Assembly (NCBI GenBank): GCA_964492065.1
Contig: CAZBHH010000001.1
Location: 6,500-70,499, forward strand
Direction of reading: 5' to 3'
DNA length: 64,000 nucleotides
Origin: an uncultured Chitinophagales bacterium
GTDB lineage: Bacteria > Bacteroidota > Bacteroidia > Chitinophagales > BACL12
Numbering within the stretch: position 1 is the stretch's first letter; the number at the start of each line of letters is the position of its first letter. Shown here piece by piece: positions 9,990 to 20,463 of this stretch. Made by a program: the position numbers and the translations under genes. Below the pieces are notes generated by a model. The model did no database searches. It worked only from the letters and a program-made list of their open reading frames with translations, and was not told the DNA's origin.

Positions 9990-10996
9990 AAATACAGCCA
10001 ATACCAATGCGTTTTTCCGCCCTGGTTAAACTCGATAGCGGGCGCAGGAAATTTCAGAATATTTGCAATTTCCAAAACCATATTCCAGAATGGCGACTTC
10101 CCTTTGAAAGCGTTGAAATCCACATCCAGCGATACGTAATACTGCCGGGTGCGGGGGATATCGCTGTAATCGATTAATAAGTCATCGGGACAATTTTCAT
10201 ATTTAACATCGGGGTTGCTGCACCAGATATTTTCATAGCCGCCCAAAATACCCTGGGCGCCATAGCCGACGGAAAACATCAGCCACTTCGGAAAACGTGT
10301 ATCCGGCGCCATAAACATGGAAGGATTCACCGAAAGCCAGGTGGTCAATCCGTTATAGTCCTTTAAAATGCGTTCGACATCGCTGCTGCCGTAGAGTGCC
10401 TCCGCCCTGTCCTGTACTTGTTGCGGAAACCGGGAATAATCGACGAGATGTTGGGAATACTTCAACCGGAAGCGCTGTTCGTCCCAGAGAAAATTCTGGC
10501 CGGTAGCCAAGGCGGCGCCGAGCGTATTGGCGGCGAAGTCGCCCCAACTGAAACCCCATTCTGCCGAAAACCCGTCGAACACTTCAATGGTAAGCTGCAA
10601 CAGGGAGGCGGTTGCAAAGCCGGCCCAATAAGCATTTTCTTTTTTCATCCCCGTCCAGCGGTACATGCCGGTGGTGAGATTGGTTTCAAAGTACGCCGTG
10701 TAGATATGTCCCAGTTTATCCTGCTGCAACCACTCGCCATCATCGTTAAAAAAATGAAACGACGATTGCGGGTAATTTTTATACCAATAGCTGTAAAGCG
10801 CAACAGTTGCGCCGGTGTACAGTGCGGACTCCGTTCCCACTACGAGCGCAAGGCGCTTTGGCTGATACGCAGTAGCGGGCGTGAGAAATGGATTTAAAAA
10901 TTTGCTGCTGTCTGATTGCGCCGCAGCTTTCAGTGTTAACGCACAAAACAAAACCGAAATTAACATCCTGTGCAGGTAGAGTTTTGTATTATGCAT
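9986..10996 (-). CDS. DUF2279/YfiM-like exported protein
   Basis: WLQQDKLGHIY and FDGFSAEWGFSWGDFAAN motifs; signal peptide. Confidence 0.8.
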   Translation of the reverse strand: MHNTKLYLHRMLISVLFCALTLKAAAQSDSSKFLNPFLTPATAYQPKRLALVVGTESALYTGATVALYSYWYKNYPQSSFHFFNDDGEWLQQDKLGHIYTAYFETNLTTGMYRWTGMKKENAYWAGFATASLLQLTIEVFDGFSAEWGFSWGDFAANTLGAALATGQNFLWDEQRFRLKYSQHLVDYSRFPQQVQDRAEALYGSSDVERILKDYNGLTTWLSVNPSMFMAPDTRFPKWLMFSVGYGAQGILGGYENIWCSNPDVKYENCPDDLLIDYSDIPRTRQYYVSLDVDFNAFKGKSPFWNMVLEIANILKFPAPAIEFNQGGKTHWYWLYF

Positions 10997-11017
10997 ATGT
11001 TGTTATCCCATTTTTTT

Positions 11018-12418
11018 TCACTCAAGTAAGATGCGTTTTGCGGTGTCGAGGATGTCAATGGCAGTGGCGGCATCGGGCGCCTCGGCATACACCCGCAACA
11101 GAGGTTCTGTTCCCGAAGGCCGGATCATCATCCACGCATGGCCGGCGAAGTGAAATTTATACCCGTCGATGGATTCGGTGCGCTCCACTTTGTATTTTCC
11201 GAATGCGGCATACCGGTTGTCTTTGCAATTGGCAATTATCTGTTGCTTTAACACATCGGAGATATGCAAATCGTATCTCTCGTAATGAAACGCCCCCGTA
11301 ATGTCGTACACTTCCCGGATTAAATCCCTGAGCGACTTACCCGTTTTCGCCATAAATTCCATGAGCAACAATCCGCACCAGATACCATCACGCTCGGGTA
11401 CATGTCCTTTCACCGCAATGCCGCCGCTCTCTTCCCCTCCGAGTAAAACATCGCCGGCAATCATCTTACCGCAGATGTATTTAAACCCGATTTTCGTAAC
11501 CTCCACATCCAGCCCGTAATGCGCACAGAGCGCTTTCACTTTATCGCTCACACTAAAAGCGACAACGACTTTGCCGGACAATCCTTTATACTTATGCAGG
11601 TAATGAATCAGCAATAAAATAATGTGATGTGAATCGACAAAATTTCCGTCGCCGTCGTACATGCCGATTCGGTCGGCATCGCCGTCATTGGCAAGACCGG
11701 CTCCAATATCCGCCCGGGATTGGATTATGCTTTTTAATTCGGACAGGTTTCTTTCGATAGGTTCCGGCGCCTGGCCATTGAACCCGGGATTTTCTGCGCA
11801 ATGCAGCGGTACGATATTCTTAAAAATGCGCTGAGCAATGCGCTGGCCTGCGCCGAACATGGCATCATAAGCAATCTGTATCCCCGATGTATTTATCAGG
11901 TGTAAATCAAAACACGCACGGACGTGATCAAAATACATCTGTTCCAGGTCAACCCAATGCAACAGTCCCCTGTTTCCAAATACCTCCAGCGAGGTGTCGG
12001 GCACCGGGTACATATCGGGGATGAGATGTTCCACCTTTTCGATTTCTTCGGGTACCGTCGGGCCGCCGTAACCGCTTTTCAATTTAAACCCATTGTACGA
12101 GGGCGGGTTATGACTGGCGGTAATCACTACGCCGGCAACGGCGCCCAATTTATTTGCGCCCAGGCTCACCATCGGCGTGGTAACAAATCCTTTGGCAATA
12201 AATACTTCGATACCATTTTCGCATAACACCTGTGCGGTAACTTCGGCGAACATTGCGCCGCCAAACCGGCAATCGTGCCCTACAACAACCGCAGGCCTTC
12301 CGCCGGATAGCCGCACCCAATCGGCGGTTGCCTTACTCACCCTCGCCACATTATCTGCGGTAAACTCGCGGGCGATGATTGCCCGCCAACCGTCCGTTCC
12401 AAACTTTAAATGTATCAT
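11018..12418 (-). CDS. Phosphoglucomutase/phosphomannomutase family protein
   Basis: FGTDGWR, TASHNP phosphoserine loop, DGDADR metal loop, GEESGG, RPSGTEP. Confidence 0.93.
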   Translation of the reverse strand: MIHLKFGTDGWRAIIAREFTADNVARVSKATADWVRLSGGRPAVVVGHDCRFGGAMFAEVTAQVLCENGIEVFIAKGFVTTPMVSLGANKLGAVAGVVITASHNPPSYNGFKLKSGYGGPTVPEEIEKVEHLIPDMYPVPDTSLEVFGNRGLLHWVDLEQMYFDHVRACFDLHLINTSGIQIAYDAMFGAGQRIAQRIFKNIVPLHCAENPGFNGQAPEPIERNLSELKSIIQSRADIGAGLANDGDADRIGMYDGDGNFVDSHHIILLLIHYLHKYKGLSGKVVVAFSVSDKVKALCAHYGLDVEVTKIGFKYICGKMIAGDVLLGGEESGGIAVKGHVPERDGIWCGLLLMEFMAKTGKSLRDLIREVYDITGAFHYERYDLHISDVLKQQIIANCKDNRYAAFGKYKVERTESIDGYKFHFAGHAWMMIRPSGTEPLLRVYAEAPDAATAIDILDTAKRILLE

Positions 12419-12488
12419 ATTCTCAATCCCTGTCTTTCGTCCCTAATTTGATATTTCCCAACGCACGGGTAATTCCGATTAGCGCCGT

Positions 12489-13373
12489 TTAATTTAATTT
12501 ATCGAGGAAGGCCTTTACTTCTTTAAAGTACTGGTCCTTATTGCTGCTGAAATTTTCGTCGTTGTTCACATTGGGAACAACATATATTGATGTGATTTTT
12601 TTCTTTAATGCCGCAATGCTCTCTATATCCGCCGGAGTCGAATAATCGCCCTTGGCGCCGACAATCAGCAGGATACCACGCAAGTGGTCGCCTTTTACCG
12701 ACAGCGCATTCATGGGTTCGATCAGCGACTTATCAAATGCCAGGGGCATCAGGATCTTGCCGCCGGTAAATTCCTTATAGCGCTTTTCGATGGTCTCGAG
12801 CGTGGTATAGGGCGCATCGGCAATCACATTATTTACTTTCACGTTGTTGGCCGAAATACCCAGCGCCAAACCGGCGCCTATTCCCTGGCCGTACATGGTG
12901 ATGGTGAGCGTGGTAAAATACTTCTTCACGTAGTCCACCACCGCATTCAGATCGGTACCGAATTGCGCATAGATATAAAATTTCGGGTTCACATTGAATT
13001 CGTCGCTTTTCCCGTAACCGCGATAATCGAACATAAATACGTGATACCCCATTCCGAGAAATACACCAGCATACTCCAGCGAGTTTGCCATATTGCCCTG
13101 GCCGTTACTGGCGATAATCACGCCTTTCTTGGACAATTTCTCGGCGGGGATTAAATGCCATCCAAACAAGGTAAGCGCCGATCCGTCCGCTTTTTTATCC
13201 GGTGTTTCGATGCGTATCTCCTCGAAGTTCAGGCCGTAATCGGCCGGGGTGATCGCATACTCCTTTTCGGCTGTCAGCCCGATAGTAGTATTTTGCGCAT
13301 GGATGGTCTGTAAAAGCAATACATTCAAAAGAGCAAATACGAATACTCTGATACTCATTTTTAGATTTGTCAT
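12489..13373 (-). CDS. Exported alpha/beta-hydrolase-fold protein, probably catalytically inactive
   Basis: FDYRGYGKS motif and fold pattern, but nucleophile elbow reads GQGIG; signal peptide ending HAQ. Confidence 0.8.
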   Translation of the reverse strand: MTNLKMSIRVFVFALLNVLLLQTIHAQNTTIGLTAEKEYAITPADYGLNFEEIRIETPDKKADGSALTLFGWHLIPAEKLSKKGVIIASNGQGNMANSLEYAGVFLGMGYHVFMFDYRGYGKSDEFNVNPKFYIYAQFGTDLNAVVDYVKKYFTTLTITMYGQGIGAGLALGISANNVKVNNVIADAPYTTLETIEKRYKEFTGGKILMPLAFDKSLIEPMNALSVKGDHLRGILLIVGAKGDYSTPADIESIAALKKKITSIYVVPNVNNDENFSSNKDQYFKEVKAFLDKLN

Positions 13374-13491
13374 GTGATTAAATTATTTTTTAAATGATAT
13401 TTCCCGAACGGGTGTCGTAAAAATAAAGTTTTGAACTGAATTCACCGTGTTGGCAAATGGCACGGTTAAGTAAATTTACCCGCTTTTGAAG

Positions 13492-14148
13492 ATGATGCAG
13501 ACACCAGATACACATAAACACCAGGGCTTAAGACTGAAGTTGATTGAGGTCCTCCGCCACAAAGGCATAGCGGACGAAACGGTATTGCAGGCCATTAACC
13601 GGGTACCCCGCCACGTATTTTTCGACCGGGCATTTATCGATCATGCATATGAGGATAAAGCGTTTCAAATCGGTGAAGGGCAGACTATCAGCCAGCCGTA
13701 CACGGTTGCCTATATGACTGAAAAACTGGAGTTGGCGCCCAAGATGAAAGTGCTTGAAATCGGAACCGGCAGCGGGTACCAGGCTTGTGTGCTGGCAGAA
13801 ATGGGCGCCAGGGTATTTTCAATAGAACGGTTTAAATCGCTGCACCTGAAAGCACGTCAACAATTGACGGAAATGGGATATGCCGGTATAAAGCTCTTTT
13901 TCAACGACGGTTTCGAAGGGCTGCCCGTCTTTGCGCCTTTCGACAGAATTATTATTACCGCTGCAGCACCGGAAATTCCACCCCCCTTATTACAACAACT
14001 CAAAATCGGCGGCATCATGGTGCTGCCGCTCGGCAAAGAAGAAGACCAGATTATGCTGAAGATTACAAAAACCGGCGAACGGGATTTTAAAAAGGAAGCG
14101 GGTGATAATTTCCGCTTTGTCCCCATGCTGCCCGGAAAGGTATTCTGA
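13492..14148 (+). CDS. pcm: Protein-L-isoaspartate O-methyltransferase
   Basis: GQTISQPY, VLEIGTGSGYQ, APFDRIIITAA. Confidence 0.95.
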   Translation: MMQTPDTHKHQGLRLKLIEVLRHKGIADETVLQAINRVPRHVFFDRAFIDHAYEDKAFQIGEGQTISQPYTVAYMTEKLELAPKMKVLEIGTGSGYQACVLAEMGARVFSIERFKSLHLKARQQLTEMGYAGIKLFFNDGFEGLPVFAPFDRIIITAAAPEIPPPLLQQLKIGGIMVLPLGKEEDQIMLKITKTGERDFKKEAGDNFRFVPMLPGKVF

Positions 14149-14216
14149 TTGTATGTATTTGAGGATTTCACCGGGCACAATGTGGATTTGTGTATTTCCA
14201 CGGAATCTGCAGTTTT

Positions 14217-14224
14217 TATTTTTG
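14217..14224 (+). promoter_or_regulatory. -7 promoter element with no nearby downstream ORF
   Basis: TATTTTTG matches TAnnTTTG, followed by CCGCAA. Confidence 0.5.
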
Positions 14225-14284
14225 CCGCAACTAATACAATCCTATCCTTTAAAATAGTGAAAGTTAGTTTACAATTGGTAGCAG

Positions 14285-14313
14285 ACCCTTTGAGATCTCA
14301 AAGGGTTTTTTTT
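14285..14313 (+). terminator. Intrinsic terminator
   Basis: Perfect palindrome ACCCTTTGAGATCTCAAAGGGT; T8 tract at 14306-14313. Confidence 0.85.
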
Positions 14314-14504
14314 ATGCATTCAGTTTGTCCGAAATCTTAAGTCAATGCCTTTTTGCGCCGGGATGCCAACCCGGGAACCGGCTGCAATATCCGCATTTTC
14401 CGCTCCGCCGCAACGGAACTTTTTGTTTTCTGCAACTTCCCGGCAGTTTTTTAACTCATAAGGTTTGTAAATACTAAATTTGCACCCGAAATAAAAAATC
14501 AAGT

Positions 14505-15113
14505 ATGAAAATCATTACGAATGCCCGGATTCTCACGGTTCTGATATTAGGACTTTCATTCGCTGTATCAGGATGTTTTCGCAAGGGTGAAGAAGATCCG
14601 TTTTTTTCCATTCACACCCGCGATGCCCGGATGGCTCAAAACTGGCAACTCACCAAGTTGACCGGAACGGTAGTAAATACCACCAACGGGTTGACGACCA
14701 ATATCAATTACAATTTTGACGGTACGAATATATTTATTACCACAAACGGCAATACAGTGAGCTACGGATATGCATTTGAAATGAATATATCTGATAATGG
14801 TACGGTAATATCGAAAGAGACATTTACCGATCCGGCCAATCCCAACGTAGTTTACAACACGAGCTCCAAGACGAGTTACTGGTTTTGGGCAAATGATGTA
14901 AAGAATAAGACGACTGTTAACCTGGACCTGACCGGTACATTTCAGCCTTATCCCGCTTACGATATCCCGCGGCTGGCATGGAATGATATGGCATTATTAG
15001 TCGATTACACCGATAACTACCAGCAAATTGACCCGGTGACAGGCACAACCATTTCATCCAGCTCGACGGTAAACCTCAATCTGGAATTCGATGTGATTCT
15101 CCCGGAGAATTGA
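14505..15113 (+). CDS. Hypothetical (likely surface) lipoprotein, beta-rich
   Basis: Lipobox VSGC followed by K/E/D-rich export-signal-like FRKGEED; TAAATTTG promoter at 14475-14482. Confidence 0.75.
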   Translation: MKIITNARILTVLILGLSFAVSGCFRKGEEDPFFSIHTRDARMAQNWQLTKLTGTVVNTTNGLTTNINYNFDGTNIFITTNGNTVSYGYAFEMNISDNGTVISKETFTDPANPNVVYNTSSKTSYWFWANDVKNKTTVNLDLTGTFQPYPAYDIPRLAWNDMALLVDYTDNYQQIDPVTGTTISSSSTVNLNLEFDVILPEN

Positions 15114-15122
15114 CGTTATCTC

Positions 15123-15584
15123 TTAGCGGCGTAAGGAGCGCAACGAGCGGTCGGCATCTCTTTTTTCGTCGCGGGCTTTGATTGTCTGACGTTTATCGTG
15201 TACTTTTTTACCTCTTGCCAACGCAATTTCCAGCTTGGCAAACCCGCGGTCATTAATAAATAATTTCAGCGGCACAATAGTAAATCCCCGCTCTTTCACT
15301 TTAGCCTGCAATTTGGCAAGTTCCCTGCCGCTGAGCAGCAACTTGCGCAGTCGCAAGGGCTCGTGCTGGTAATGGGTTGCCATTTCGTATTCCTTCACAT
15401 GCATCCCCTTCACCCAGAGTTCATTATTCTTAAACAGGCAATACGCCTCGCCAATACTTGCCTTTCCTTCGCGGATGGATTTTATTTCACTGCCGTGAAG
15501 CACTAATCCTGCCGTGTAGGTATCCACAATTTCAAATTCGAAAGATGCCCGCTTGTTCCTGATATTTACTTTTCCCGGATTCAT
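15123..15584 (-). CDS. smpB: SsrA-binding protein
   Basis: NKRASFEFEI, AGLVLHGSEIKSIR, RLRKLLL, ARGKKVHDKR; TACCTTTG promoter at 15616-15623 on minus strand. Confidence 0.96.
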   Translation of the reverse strand: MNPGKVNIRNKRASFEFEIVDTYTAGLVLHGSEIKSIREGKASIGEAYCLFKNNELWVKGMHVKEYEMATHYQHEPLRLRKLLLSGRELAKLQAKVKERGFTIVPLKLFINDRGFAKLEIALARGKKVHDKRQTIKARDEKRDADRSLRSLRR

Positions 15585-15928
15585 GTATGCCTGGCTGCAT
15601 TTTTTTGTTGCTGTGCAAAGGTAATATGCATCCGCACAGTTTGTACCCCACCCTCCTGCCGGATTGTATTTTCAAGACCTCCGCAACCCGAATCCGGCCA
15701 TCGGAAATAAAAACGCTTTGGTGTTACTCTTATATTGGAAAATAGCGTGCGGAGTAATGGATGTTGCGCTGCTCCGGATACGGGTATGGCCGGCTTGATG
15801 TAAATTTGTACGGCATACTTGCGTCAACCGGTAATTTTTCTCCCGTGTTTAAAACACCGTAGTCCTGTAATCAATTGCTGTGGGAAACCGCCGGTTAAAC
15901 GCATCAAACGGACAGAAAAACGAATACT

Positions 15929-16729
15929 ATGAAATGTCTTGCCCTACTGATTGCAACCTTATTGCCGATACTCATCTACTGCCAGCAGATAAGCACGGAC
16001 AGGCCGGATATTACAGAGAGCCCTTACATCGTTCCCCAGAATTATATTCAGTTTGAACACGGATTTTCATACGATTGGGGTGAAACTGCCAACAGCGCAA
16101 GTCCATCCCCTGCAGAGGACTATTCTAACCTGCAGATAGCCTCCACCCTGCTGCGTTATGGCGCCAATGATTTTATCGAATTGCGATTGGAATTTAACCC
16201 GACCGTCTCAACAGTTGCGGATGCGTCCATAACCGGACTGCCTCCAATCGGCATAGGACTCAAAACTAAATTAATTACCGCTAAAGGCGCTATTCCGCAA
16301 ATAGCTATTGTGGCGACCGCCTATCCCGGTTTACTCGCCACCGAAAATATGCAACCGGAGGCGTCTTATTACGAATGGAAGCTGGCTGTGGATCATACGT
16401 TGACCGATTGGTGGAGCATCGGATGGAACTTTGGCGCTTCGGCGAACAGCCTCTCATCACCCCAATACTTGTATTCGCTGAGTTCCGGTTTCTCACTGGG
16501 TGAAAAGGCGGGATGCTTTCTGGAGGTATTTGGCGATTTCGCATCCGTAACAACCAATGCGGCAACAGCCGGCAATGTATATGCAGATGCAGGAATCACC
16601 TATGTATTCACGCCGGCCCTGCAAGTTGATTTTTCCGTTGGCAATGCCATTACCCATGGGGAGAGTTACCACGTTCTGGGCATGGGCATCTCCTGGTTTG
16701 TTTCGGCCAAACCCGCTGATAAAAATTAA
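15929..16729 (+). CDS. Outer-membrane beta-barrel 'transporter' (MetA-pathway-of-phenol-degradation-like family)
   Basis: Signal peptide, ISTDRPDITES N-terminal motif, alternating beta-strand pattern; TAAATTTG at 15801-15808. Confidence 0.75.
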   Translation: MKCLALLIATLLPILIYCQQISTDRPDITESPYIVPQNYIQFEHGFSYDWGETANSASPSPAEDYSNLQIASTLLRYGANDFIELRLEFNPTVSTVADASITGLPPIGIGLKTKLITAKGAIPQIAIVATAYPGLLATENMQPEASYYEWKLAVDHTLTDWWSIGWNFGASANSLSSPQYLYSLSSGFSLGEKAGCFLEVFGDFASVTTNAATAGNVYADAGITYVFTPALQVDFSVGNAITHGESYHVLGMGISWFVSAKPADKN

Positions 16730-16896
16730 TGGAATCCCGGCGGCGCTACACCTGGTTGGACGCATTCGTCGCCATATTGCAAATCACCCTCCATAACCCT
16801 TAGTAACCGCACAGATTTCCGGCAGTATGCCGTTGCCGATTCAATGATTTCCAAATGGGAAGCCCAATGATTTGACTTCGCAAATTTCCAACCGGG

Positions 16897-17268
16897 TTAA
16901 TACTGGCCCGTTGACAACAAGACTAAGGTACAGGCTTCTATTGTTTCGATGCCGTTTTGCCGGGCGAGGGCAGCCAGATTATCATTTTCGGTTCCGGGAT
17001 TAAAGATTATCCGCCTGGGATGTAATTGCAGAATATAATCATAGTACTCCTGTTGACGCAAAGGATTTAAATACAGGGTAACCGTATCCACATCCCGCAC
17101 TTCGGGGAGGCCTGTACGGATGGGGACGGTTTCGGCCATTGCCTGCCGGTTTCCGATAGCCACCACCTCGTGGCCGTGTAACAGTAACTGCTGAATTGCC
17201 TTATAAGCGTAGCGCTCCGGCTTGGGCGACGCCCCCAAAACCACTGTTTTCTTACTATTCTTCTCCAT
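16897..17268 (-). CDS. CoA-binding domain protein
   Basis: VVLGASPKPERY, IIFNPGTEN, ACTLVLL; start at ATG 17268. Confidence 0.88.
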   Translation of the reverse strand: MEKNSKKTVVLGASPKPERYAYKAIQQLLLHGHEVVAIGNRQAMAETVPIRTGLPEVRDVDTVTLYLNPLRQQEYYDYILQLHPRRIIFNPGTENDNLAALARQNGIETIEACTLVLLSTGQY

Positions 17269-17363
17269 AAAATTGCCCCGCCTATTGACTTGTATCAAAT
17301 AAGACAGTATTTTGCACAACAATATCCCCGGCATTCCTGTTCCTAACAAACTTGCAAAAAAGT

Positions 17364-17657
17364 ATGATGAATATAGAAAACATAAACACCATTGCAAAGG
17401 AAGAAATACCCTTACTGGATTTCTCTAACCGCGAAGTATTGCACTCTCGTGATGAAATTGAACATCGCAAGCAATTACTGCTGCAAAGCATGGTGTTGGG
17501 AAATACCTATCACACCAAAGTAATCATCATCTTCGAAAGCGGCAATGGCATTTTCCAGGTGGATACTACCATCTGGGCTACTACCGATGAATATGTCCTG
17601 TTGAAAGGGGCAGTGTATTTGCCGATACAGTGTATTCACGACGTTATTATTCCTTAG
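17364..17657 (+). CDS. Conserved hypothetical small protein
   Basis: LGNTYHTKV...VDTTIWATTD...LKG...LPI pattern recalled from Bacteroidota hypotheticals. Confidence 0.7.
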   Translation: MMNIENINTIAKEEIPLLDFSNREVLHSRDEIEHRKQLLLQSMVLGNTYHTKVIIIFESGNGIFQVDTTIWATTDEYVLLKGAVYLPIQCIHDVIIP

Positions 17658-17914
17658 TTTTTGCGGTTATAGTCGCTGAAAAGCCATAGCAGTTTGCAAT
17701 TTACAACCGCAGACAGCAATAATTGCATTGCTATCGGAGGATGGCAATAATTGCACTACCGGATGGAAGTATTGACGGGAAAAAACAATGCTGCTCCGGG
17801 TACGCAGACATAGGCTGTATGGCTACTATTAGACGCCATCGGGCGCTGCGATTGATAATTCGCCGCTATAACACCCAGGAACCATCCTAATTTTTATACC
17901 TTTAACATAAAAAC

Positions 17915-18634
17915 ATGCTCGACGATCTGCTCCCCGAAAATTTATTGGTTTTCGATATAGAAACCGTACCCGCCGAAAGAGACTTTTCGCAATTAACACC
18001 TGCAATGCAAAAACTTTGGGAAGATAAAAATGGCCGTAACCGGCCTGAGACCGAGTCGCCGGAACAATTCTACTTTAACCGTGCCGGCATCTTTGCCGAA
18101 TTTGGAAAAGTAATTGTCATTGTCTGCGGTTATATGCAGAAAAAAAACAATAATTATTATCTCAAATTAAAAGTCTATAAACATCACGACGAAAAACAGT
18201 TATTGACCGAATTTTCCCGCACCCTGCAAAATGCCGCCAACAATAAATACCAGTTATGCGGACATAATATCCGCGAGTTCGATGTGCCCTGGCTCTGCCG
18301 CCGCATGTTGATTAACGGCTTACCGCTGCCGCATTCCATTGATTTGTACGGCAAAAAACCCTGGGAAGTGAATCATGTGGACACGCTAGATCTCTGGAAA
18401 TTCGGCGACTATAAACACTATACATCGCTCAATTTGCTCACCAACATATTGGGCATTCCCACGCCAAAGGAGGATATGGATGGCAGTATGGTCGGAAAAT
18501 CGTATTGGGAAGAGGACGGACTCGACCGAATCGCCGTGTATTGCAGTAAGGATGTAATTGCCGTCGCTCAACTCATCATGCGTTTGAAAGGATTGCCGTT
18601 AATTGCAGATGCCAACATTTCCTTTTCCGAATAA
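17915..18634 (+). CDS. 3'-5' exonuclease (DEDD, PolB-related RNase H-like domain)
   Basis: FDIETVP (ExoI), GHNIREFD (ExoII), YCSKDV (ExoIII). Confidence 0.88.
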   Translation: MLDDLLPENLLVFDIETVPAERDFSQLTPAMQKLWEDKNGRNRPETESPEQFYFNRAGIFAEFGKVIVIVCGYMQKKNNNYYLKLKVYKHHDEKQLLTEFSRTLQNAANNKYQLCGHNIREFDVPWLCRRMLINGLPLPHSIDLYGKKPWEVNHVDTLDLWKFGDYKHYTSLNLLTNILGIPTPKEDMDGSMVGKSYWEEDGLDRIAVYCSKDVIAVAQLIMRLKGLPLIADANISFSE

Positions 18635-18873
18635 TGTACCCGAAAATCGTCAACGCCATCCGGCAGCGAATAATAGCCCGGAAGTATATATTCAGTTTAA
18701 ATTATTTTCTAAATGCAAAACATTTGCCACCTGCAGTTGTTTAACGGGGGATGGCAGAAGCAGCCATGCGGAATGTCATTCCATTTACGGTGAATTTTCA
18801 TTAAATTTGGCTTTTGATACCCATTCAAAAAAATCAAATCAACATAAAAAAAATAATACCTAAATAGCAAAAA

Positions 18874-20334
18874 ATGGATAATAAGAAGAAAAAACTCAAT
18901 TCGGTTTCAGGAAGGCCGATAGCGGAGAACCAGAACGTGGAAACTGCCGGAAAGCGAGGCCCCATGTTGTTGCAGGATTTTTGGTTTATCGAAAAGTTAG
19001 CGCACTTTGACCGGGAAGTGATTCCGGAGCGGAGAATGCACGCCAAAGGCTCCGGCGCATTTGGTACGTTTACGGTAACGCATGATATTACCAAATACAC
19101 CAAAGCAAAAATATTTTCACAGGTGGGTAAAAAGACGGAGATGTTTGCACGCTTTTCCACCGTTGCCGGAGAGCGGGGTGCAGCAGATGCCGAACGGGAC
19201 ATTCGCGGTTTCGCACTTAAATTCTACACCGAAGAAGGCAACTGGGACCTGGTAGGCAATAACACACCGGTATTTTTCATGCGGGACCCTTACAAATTTC
19301 CCGATCTGAACAAAGCTGTGAAGCGTGACCCGAAAACAAACCTGAGAAGTGCAAATAACAATTGGGACTTCTGGACACTGCTCCCCGAGGCATTACACCA
19401 GATTACCATTGTCATGAGCGACAGGGGTATCCCAAAATCCTATCGCTATATGCACGGATTTGGCAGCCACACGTTCAGCCTGATCAATGCAAAAAATGAA
19501 CGGCATTGGGTGAAGTTTCACTTCAGAACCATGCAGGGCATTGAAAACCTGACAAACAAAGAAGCCGAAGCGCTCATCGGCAAAGACAGGGAGAGCAGTC
19601 AAAACGACTTGTTTTACGCAATCGAAAACGGCGATTTCCCGAAGTGGAAAATGCAGGTGCAGATAATGCCGGAAGCAGACGCAAAACACTATCGCTTCAA
19701 CCCCTTCGACCTGACTAAAGTATGGCCGCACGGCGACTACCCGCTTATGGATGTCGGAATTATTGAGCTAAACAGAAATCCCGAGAATTATTTTGCAGAT
19801 GTGGAACAGGCAGCCTTTAATCCCGCTTATGTAGTGCCGGGTATCGGTTTTTCACCCGACAGAATGCTCCAGGGCAGATTGTTCTCTTACGGCGATGCGC
19901 AACGCTACCGACTGGGAATTAACCACTATCAGATACCGGTAAATACACCAAAATGTCCTTACCATATCTATCACCGCGACGGCGCTATGCGCATAGACGG
20001 CAACGAAGGCGGAACCCTGCATTACGAACCCAACAGCTACGATCAATGGAAGGAACAAAAAGAATACGCCGAACCGCCATTGGATTTGGAAGGGCCTGCT
20101 TTCCACTACGACCATCGGGAGGATGAAGATTATTACACACAACCCGGTAACCTGTTCCGCCTGATGAATCCGCAACAACGACAGGCGCTGTTCAACAATA
20201 CGGCGGATGCTATGGCCGGCGTCGAAAAATTTATTAAGGAAAGGCATATAGTCAATTGCTATAAAGCCGATCCGGAATACGGAAAAGGTGTGGCAATGGC
20301 TTTAGGCCTGGATATCGACAATATAAAAATGTAA
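18874..20334 (+). CDS. katA: Monofunctional small-subunit heme catalase
   Basis: [15 protein letters not shown] distal His, [21 protein letters not shown] proximal Tyr. Confidence 0.96.
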   Translation: MDNKKKKLNSVSGRPIAENQNVETAGKRGPMLLQDFWFIEKLAHFDREVIPERRMHAKGSGAFGTFTVTHDITKYTKAKIFSQVGKKTEMFARFSTVAGERGAADAERDIRGFALKFYTEEGNWDLVGNNTPVFFMRDPYKFPDLNKAVKRDPKTNLRSANNNWDFWTLLPEALHQITIVMSDRGIPKSYRYMHGFGSHTFSLINAKNERHWVKFHFRTMQGIENLTNKEAEALIGKDRESSQNDLFYAIENGDFPKWKMQVQIMPEADAKHYRFNPFDLTKVWPHGDYPLMDVGIIELNRNPENYFADVEQAAFNPAYVVPGIGFSPDRMLQGRLFSYGDAQRYRLGINHYQIPVNTPKCPYHIYHRDGAMRIDGNEGGTLHYEPNSYDQWKEQKEYAEPPLDLEGPAFHYDHREDEDYYTQPGNLFRLMNPQQRQALFNNTADAMAGVEKFIKERHIVNCYKADPEYGKGVAMALGLDIDNIKM

Positions 20335-20463
20335 TTGATTCACATTCCGCAACAGCTGTCCCGAAGCAGATTATTTGAATACCTGTTTGTTTTGATGTTT
20401 CATTATCAGGGCGAATATTTTCAAAATATCACTTTTGGATAGCTGTTGCTTTTTACCCCCCCA

